Origin: Deltaproteobacteria bacterium
GTDB lineage: Bacteria > Desulfobacterota > Binatia > UBA9968
Length of the DNA stretch: 64,000 nt
Direction: 5' to 3'
Assembly: GCA_009692615.1 (NCBI GenBank)
Contig: SHYW01000007.1
Span: 245-64,244 of the forward strand
Shown here: positions 58,695 to 64,000 of the stretch, piece after piece
Layout of the letters: each line of letters opens with the position of its first letter
How positions within the stretch are numbered: the first letter of the stretch is position 1
Position numbers and translations under genes: made by a program
The notes under the pieces: model-generated
The model's input: the letters and a program-made list of their open reading frames with translations, nothing else
Database searches by the model: none
Told to the model about the DNA's origin: nothing

Positions 58695-59681
58695 TCAGCC
58701 GAGTTCCTTGATCGCCTGCTGCAAATAACTCTGATCGATATATTTTGCCGGGTCGGGCGGCGCGCCCTTCACCTGTTCGGCGTAAATCTGCATGGCGAAT
58801 TTCAAACCTTCGAGACCGATCTCCGCGTTGGGATGCCAGATGCGATTGGCCGTGTAATATTCCCAACCACGCCGCGCCAGCTCGGGTTTGAGCGGCATCT
58901 CCTTGGCGAGAAAATCGATCGCCGCTTCTTTGTTGGCATAAAGCCAGCGATGCATGCGCACCGTCGCTTTCAAGTAGCGCACCAGCAGCCCGCGGTTTTT
59001 CTCCGCCCAGCCGCGCTTCACCGTGAGCAGCGATAGTTGATAGTTGGGAATATAATCGCGAAAATATCCGAGCACATTGAAACCTTGCTGCTCGGCAGTG
59101 AAATCGAGGGGAACGACTAAATACGTCGCGCCCAATTGTCCCGAAGTCAGCGCCGCCAGATTGAAACTGCCGCCGCCCACCGCGAGCATTTTATAATCCG
59201 CCGGATAATTCAAACCGTTTTGTTTGAAGATTTTTTGCAGCACGTTGGCCGCGCCGGAAGTCAGGGCTTGCACGCCGACGGTGGCGCCGCGCAAATCTTT
59301 GAAGCTTTTGTAATTCTTCCCCGCGACGATCGCCTGTGTGAGCCCGTTAACAACGCCGCCCACGGCCAGCAAGTCCGCACCATTGGCTGCCGCCGCGATC
59401 ACCGCGTCGGCGGAACCTAACGCCAAGTTCACCGACTCGCTCACCAGCGCCGCGGTCGTGATCGGATTGCCGCGCAGCAAGATCGTCTGGACATCGAGCC
59501 CAACTTCATCGAAGAAGCCTTTTTTCACCCCGAGCCAAAACATATGGGTGCCGACCGTCTTGGTGCCGACGCCGACCGGGAATTTGAGTTTTTCCTGGGC
59601 TCCAGCGCCACTGCGCGCGCTCATGACGAGCAGGACAGACAGGCTGACGATCAGTCTAAAATAACTGCCAAATGTTTGCAT
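58695..59681 (-). CDS. NMT1/THI5-like periplasmic substrate-binding protein
   Basis: signal peptide; 328 aa. Confidence 0.65.
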   Translation of the reverse strand: MQTFGSYFRLIVSLSVLLVMSARSGAGAQEKLKFPVGVGTKTVGTHMFWLGVKKGFFDEVGLDVQTILLRGNPITTAALVSESVNLALGSADAVIAAAANGADLLAVGGVVNGLTQAIVAGKNYKSFKDLRGATVGVQALTSGAANVLQKIFKQNGLNYPADYKMLAVGGGSFNLAALTSGQLGATYLVVPLDFTAEQQGFNVLGYFRDYIPNYQLSLLTVKRGWAEKNRGLLVRYLKATVRMHRWLYANKEAAIDFLAKEMPLKPELARRGWEYYTANRIWHPNAEIGLEGLKFAMQIYAEQVKGAPPDPAKYIDQSYLQQAIKELG

Positions 59682-59770
59682 GAATCAACGCTAGTCAAGT
59701 AAAACCACCATAGGTTAGATGGAAGAGAAGCGTCAAGACCAAAATCGTCAGCGCAACAAAGGATCGTCCC

Positions 59771-60862
59771 ATGAAACTCGGACTCTTCGATCACATGCAA
59801 AAGCACGACAAGCCGGCGTTGAGCTACGTCGACCTGTACAAAAATCATCTCGACGTTGTGGAGTTCGCCGATCAGGCCGGCATGGATTTTTATTTCGTTG
59901 CCGAACATCACTTCGACATGGGCTTCTCCGAATGTCCCAGCCCCGGCAGTTTTCTCGGCGCCGCCTCCCAGCGCACCAAGAACATTCGCATGGGACCGCT
60001 GGTTTACGTCTTGCCGCTGTGGAATCCGATCCGCGTCGCCGAAGAAGTGGCGCTACTCGACAATCTCATGCAAGGCCGGCTCGAAGTCGGCTTCGGCGCC
60101 GGCATCGGCCCTTTTACTTTTGCCGCTTATAATATTCCTTGGGATCAGAAACGCGAGATGACGCTCGAAGCGCTGCAAGTGATCAAAGGCATCTGGACTC
60201 ATGAAACTTTCATCTTCGAAGGCAAATATTTCAAGTGCAAGGATATCGACTCGTCGATCCCGCTGGTGCAAAAACCCCATCCGCCGATCTGGATGCCGAC
60301 CCGCAGCAAAGAATCCATCGAAGAAGCCGCATCCACTGGCGTCAGCACGATTCAATGGGTGCCGTCGGGGATGAAGGCGGTGCGCAAAGCCTTCGACGAA
60401 TATCGCGCGGTGTATCAAAAAGCGAAGCCCAGCGGGCGCAAACCGCATATCGGCTTGATGCGCGAAATCTACGTCGCCGAAAGCGACAAGCAAGCCCACG
60501 CCGAGGGCGAGTATCACTGGAAAAATTTCTGGCAGCGGCGCGGCGGTGCGCGCACCTACGGCGCTCACGGCTCGACTGGACTGTCGACGATCCTCGACGG
60601 CGGCCGGCGCCAGGAGTTGATGGACATGGAACACTCCATCGGCGACGGTTCATTCATCTGCGGTGCGCCGGAATCGGTGGTGCAGCAAATTAAGAAAATC
60701 GCCAACGACGCCGGCGCCGATACTTTTCTCGGCGAGTTTACTTTCGGCGAGCTGGAACAGAAGCAAGCGATGAATTCGCTGCGTCTGTTCGCTGAGCAAG
60801 TGATGCCGGAATTGCGTCGCTTCGAAGTCGATGCCTTGAACTTCCCCGCCGCCCAAGCGTAA
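59771..60862 (+). CDS. LLM-class flavin-dependent oxidoreductase
   Basis: MKLGLFDHMQ..., EHHFDMGFSECPSPG, PPIWMP motifs; 363 aa. Confidence 0.75.
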   Translation: MKLGLFDHMQKHDKPALSYVDLYKNHLDVVEFADQAGMDFYFVAEHHFDMGFSECPSPGSFLGAASQRTKNIRMGPLVYVLPLWNPIRVAEEVALLDNLMQGRLEVGFGAGIGPFTFAAYNIPWDQKREMTLEALQVIKGIWTHETFIFEGKYFKCKDIDSSIPLVQKPHPPIWMPTRSKESIEEAASTGVSTIQWVPSGMKAVRKAFDEYRAVYQKAKPSGRKPHIGLMREIYVAESDKQAHAEGEYHWKNFWQRRGGARTYGAHGSTGLSTILDGGRRQELMDMEHSIGDGSFICGAPESVVQQIKKIANDAGADTFLGEFTFGELEQKQAMNSLRLFAEQVMPELRRFEVDALNFPAAQA

Positions 60863-60989
60863 TCGCAACTGTCATGCTGAGCCGAAGGCGAACCATCTCG
60901 AGTTCGTAACGAACGAACGGCTGAGTCGTGGCATTTTCACTTGTCTCGCCCTATGATGTTCAAATAATTATCAGCGAGTAGAGGCAAAA

Positions 60990-62642
60990 ATGGCGATTCA
61001 CCCACTAGCCGGCAAACCGGCGCCGGCAAATATATTGATCGATGTCGCGGCGCTCGAAAAAGCTTATTACCAGCGCAACCCCAACACGGTGGACCCGTCG
61101 CAACTGGTCAGCTTCGGCACCAGCGGCCATCGCGGCAGTCCGCTCAGCGTTAGTTTAAATGAAGCGCATATCCTCGCCATCACCCAGGCGATCTGCGACT
61201 ACCGCACGAGCAAAAATATTTCCGGGCCGCTGTTCATGGGCAAAGACACCCACGCGGCCTCCGGGCCGGCGCAGAGGACGGCGCTGGAAGTGCTGGCGGC
61301 GAATTCCATCGAAACGATCATTCAGCGCGATGACGGCTTCACGCCGACGCCGGCGATCTCGCGCGCCATTCTCGTCCACAATCGCGGCCGCAAAGAGCGC
61401 CCGGCCGACGGCATCGTCGTCACGCCGTCGCATAATCCGCCCGCCGACGGCGGCTTCAAATATAATCCTCCCGAAGGCGGGCCGGCGGACACCGATGTTA
61501 CCGAATGGATTCAGCAGCGCGCCAACGATTTGTTGCGCGAGAGCAACCGCGGCGTGAAGCGCGTCGCTTACGACAAAGCGTTGAAGGCAGCGACGACGCA
61601 CCAAGAAGATTTAGTCAGCCCCTATGTCGAAGACTTAACCGCCGTCATCGACATGGAAGCGATTCATGCACAGCGCGTCAAGATCGGCGTCGATCCGCTG
61701 GGCGGCGCGGCCCTCGCTTATTGGCAGAAGATCGCCGAGCATTATCAACTTGATCTAACAATCGTGAACTCATCCAGCGATCCGACTTTCCGTTTCATGA
61801 CGCTCGATCACGACGGCAAGATCCGCATGGATTGCTCCAGCCCCTACGCCATGGCCGGCTTGGTGAAACTGAAAGATAGTTTTCAAGTTGCCTTCGGCAA
61901 CGACGCCGACTCCGACCGCCACGGCATCGTCACGCCGTCCCTCGGCTTGATGAATCCGAACCACTATCTCGCCGTGGCGATTCATTACTTACTGACGCAC
62001 CGGCCGCGCTGGAGCAAAGCTGCCGCCGTCGGCAAGACTTTGGTCAGCAGCTGCCTCATCGATCGCGTCGTCGAAAAGCTCGACCGCAAGTTGTTCGAAG
62101 TTCCGGTCGGCTTCAAATGGTTCGCCCCTGGCCTATTCGACGGCTCGGTCTGTTTCGGCGGCGAGGAGAGCGCCGGCGCCAGTTTTCTCTGCCAAGATGG
62201 AACGGTTTGGACGACGGATAAAGATGGCATCATTCTCTGCCTGCTCGCAGCGGAAATCATCGCCACCACCGGCCGCGATGCCGCGAGCTGGTATGAAAAA
62301 CTAACCGACCAACTGGGCCGGCCGTTTTATACTCGCATCGATCTGCCGTCGACGACGGCGCAAAAAAACGCCTTGAAAGCGCTGCGGCCCGATTCGCTCA
62401 GCGCCAAGGAACTCGCCGGCGAGCCGATCGTCGCGAAATTGACCGCAGCGCCGGGCAACGGCGCGGCCATCGGCGGACTCAAAGTGGCCGCGCGTAGCGG
62501 CTGGTTCGCCGTGCGGCCGTCGGGAACCGAAGAGCTATGTAAAATTTACGCCGAGAGTTTGGTGTCGCAGGATCATTTGCAAATGATCGAAACCGAAGCG
62601 CGGCAAATCATGCAAACAGTTTTCACCGCCGCCGGAGCTTGA
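60990..62642 (+). CDS. pgm: phosphoglucomutase, alpha-D-glucose phosphate-specific
   Basis: 550 aa; [12 protein letters not shown]...FGTSGHRGS active-site serine loop; full-length Pgm-type alpha-D-phosphohexomutase. Confidence 0.9.
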   Translation: MAIHPLAGKPAPANILIDVAALEKAYYQRNPNTVDPSQLVSFGTSGHRGSPLSVSLNEAHILAITQAICDYRTSKNISGPLFMGKDTHAASGPAQRTALEVLAANSIETIIQRDDGFTPTPAISRAILVHNRGRKERPADGIVVTPSHNPPADGGFKYNPPEGGPADTDVTEWIQQRANDLLRESNRGVKRVAYDKALKAATTHQEDLVSPYVEDLTAVIDMEAIHAQRVKIGVDPLGGAALAYWQKIAEHYQLDLTIVNSSSDPTFRFMTLDHDGKIRMDCSSPYAMAGLVKLKDSFQVAFGNDADSDRHGIVTPSLGLMNPNHYLAVAIHYLLTHRPRWSKAAAVGKTLVSSCLIDRVVEKLDRKLFEVPVGFKWFAPGLFDGSVCFGGEESAGASFLCQDGTVWTTDKDGIILCLLAAEIIATTGRDAASWYEKLTDQLGRPFYTRIDLPSTTAQKNALKALRPDSLSAKELAGEPIVAKLTAAPGNGAAIGGLKVAARSGWFAVRPSGTEELCKIYAESLVSQDHLQMIETEARQIMQTVFTAAGA

Positions 62643-62654
62643 TCCAGTGCTCGA

Positions 62655-62755
62655 AGGAATTCGGATGTTTCACCACGGAGACACAGAGTTCACAGAGTTT
62701 TTTTACTCCTATTCCTCCTCTGTGAACTCCGCGCCTCCGCAGTGAATAATCCGAA
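62655..62755. repeat. palindromic element: TTCGGATGTTTCACCACGGAGACACAGAGTTCACAGAG - T-rich core - CTCCTCTGTGAACTCCGCGCCTCCGCAGTGAATAATCCGAA
   Basis: CACAGAG/CTCTGTG word family with TTCGGA/TCCGAA termini. Confidence 0.65.
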
Positions 62756-62785
62756 CTATCCCCACCGATTGATCGAGGAGTTTTC

Positions 62786-63931
62786 ATGTCGAAGCCGATT
62801 CGTGCCACCGTCACGTTGCTCCACGCACTGTTCTGTTACTTAGCGCTTTGTGTGAATTTCTCCGTCGCCGCCCAGCCGCCCGCCTGGCAGAGCGATTGGG
62901 ACAAGACGGTCAAGGCCGCGGAAGACGAAGCCGCGGTGGTGCTCTACGTCACCGGCGCCTTCGAGCCGGTGTTTCGCGATACGTTTCAAAAGAAATATCC
63001 TAAGATCAAAGTGACCCTGGTGACCGGGCGCGGTCCCGATCTCAGCCAGCGCATCATGAGCGAGCGGCGCGCGGAAAAATTCGCCGTCGATCTCTACATC
63101 GGCGGCAATATTTCGCCGATCACGGTTTTTCACAAGGCGAAGATTTTAGAGCCGGTCAAAAACTTGCTACTGCTTCCCGAAGTGCTCGATCCAGCCGCTT
63201 GGTATGAGGGCAAACATCATTACGACGACGCCGAGAACCGTTTCATCTTCGTCTTCGAGGGCACGCCGCGCAGCGGCGAGATTACGTTCAACAGCAAACT
63301 GGTCAACCCCGCCGAGATCAAATCCTATTGGGACCTGTTGAACCCCAAATGGAAAGGCAAAATCGTCTCCACCGACCCGTTCCAGTCCGGTCCGATCAGC
63401 GCGGCGCAGATGTTTTTCTACAAGCAGCCCGAGCTTGGGCCGGAGTTTATCCGCCGGCTACACAGCGACACGGATATCACGATCCTACGCTCCAACGAGC
63501 AGTTGATGGATTGGTTGAGCACCGGCAAATACCTGTTTGGCTTCGGCGCCAGAAACGTCGACGATGCCATGATGCAAGGCTTGCCGCTCAATCAGTTCGC
63601 GCCGGCGGCGCTCAAGGAAGGTTCTTCAGTGACCGCCTATAACGGCACCTTGAGCTATTTCAACCGCGCGCCTCATCCCAACGCCGCCAAAGTTGCCGCC
63701 AACTGGCTCCTGTCGCGCGACGGCCAAAACGCTTGGCTCGACGCCAATCACAAAACCGGCGGGCTTTACGATTCTCTGCGTGAAGATATCTCCAAGGAAA
63801 AAGTCAGCGAGCGCGCCCGCCGAGTGAAGGGGGCGAAATTTCTCTGGCTCAACCCCGCCTGGATCGACGAGCTCGACGCCATCCGCGACATCATCAAAAA
63901 AGCTCTCGCCAGCGCCGGCAAAGCAAGGTAG
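62786..63931 (+). CDS. ABC-type periplasmic substrate-binding protein, family 1 (Fe3+-like)
   Basis: signal peptide; homolog of 290 and 28693 ORFs (NPKWKGKIVSTDP). Confidence 0.65.
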   Translation: MSKPIRATVTLLHALFCYLALCVNFSVAAQPPAWQSDWDKTVKAAEDEAAVVLYVTGAFEPVFRDTFQKKYPKIKVTLVTGRGPDLSQRIMSERRAEKFAVDLYIGGNISPITVFHKAKILEPVKNLLLLPEVLDPAAWYEGKHHYDDAENRFIFVFEGTPRSGEITFNSKLVNPAEIKSYWDLLNPKWKGKIVSTDPFQSGPISAAQMFFYKQPELGPEFIRRLHSDTDITILRSNEQLMDWLSTGKYLFGFGARNVDDAMMQGLPLNQFAPAALKEGSSVTAYNGTLSYFNRAPHPNAAKVAANWLLSRDGQNAWLDANHKTGGLYDSLREDISKEKVSERARRVKGAKFLWLNPAWIDELDAIRDIIKKALASAGKAR

Positions 63932-64000
63932 GCAGGAAAAAAGCTCAAGAGCATGGTACAGTCGCTTTGAACGATTCCCAGATCGCGAGCGTCAAAGCTA

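Overview
The window is a high-GC (~65-70%), gene-dense bacterial chromosomal segment of about 59 protein-coding genes, with no rRNA, tRNA or CRISPR. Its core is a canonical nitrogen-scavenging locus on the minus strand: outer-membrane porin, urea ABC transporter urtABCDE and urease ureDABCEFG, all translationally coupled. The rest is metabolic/accessory. It holds 10 secreted NMT1/THI5-like periplasmic binding proteins (mostly orphans), 3 Fe(III)-type family-1 binding proteins and one complete NitT/TauT-type ABC transporter. Enzymes include 3 LLM-class flavin monooxygenases, 5 amidohydrolase-2-type hydrolases, 2 class II aldolases, an ICL/PEP-mutase enzyme, a bicupin dioxygenase, 2 PuuE-like polysaccharide deacetylases, 2 Asp/Glu-racemase-family paralogs, a MetE-like protein and phosphoglucomutase. 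Other genes are a secreted GH44 glycoside hydrolase, a secreted metzincin protease, RtcB, a class II Fic AMPylator, Pal and an RlpA-like protein. Second-messenger proteins are an HD-GYP protein, a degenerate GGDEF protein and a stand-alone class III cyclase; no classical transcription factor is encoded. The most unusual sequence-level signal is a pervasive family of composite, MITE/BIME-like palindromic intergenic elements: at least 13 copies with GAWTCGGA/TCCGAWTC-type termini, internal arms of 2-3 tandem 8-9-bp words (CACGAAGG, CACAGAG, CGCAAAG) and recurring identical hairpin modules. Copies sit after many genes, inside an ABC operon abutting a start codon, and inside the urease operon between ureA and ureB. 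Other second-look items are an in-frame TGA separating a CxxC zinc-ribbon-like ORF from the cyclase domain, iteron-like triple direct repeats upstream of the Fic gene, and a 0.5-kb structured non-coding region with an ~85-nt hairpin. Organism cannot be assigned from sequence alone.
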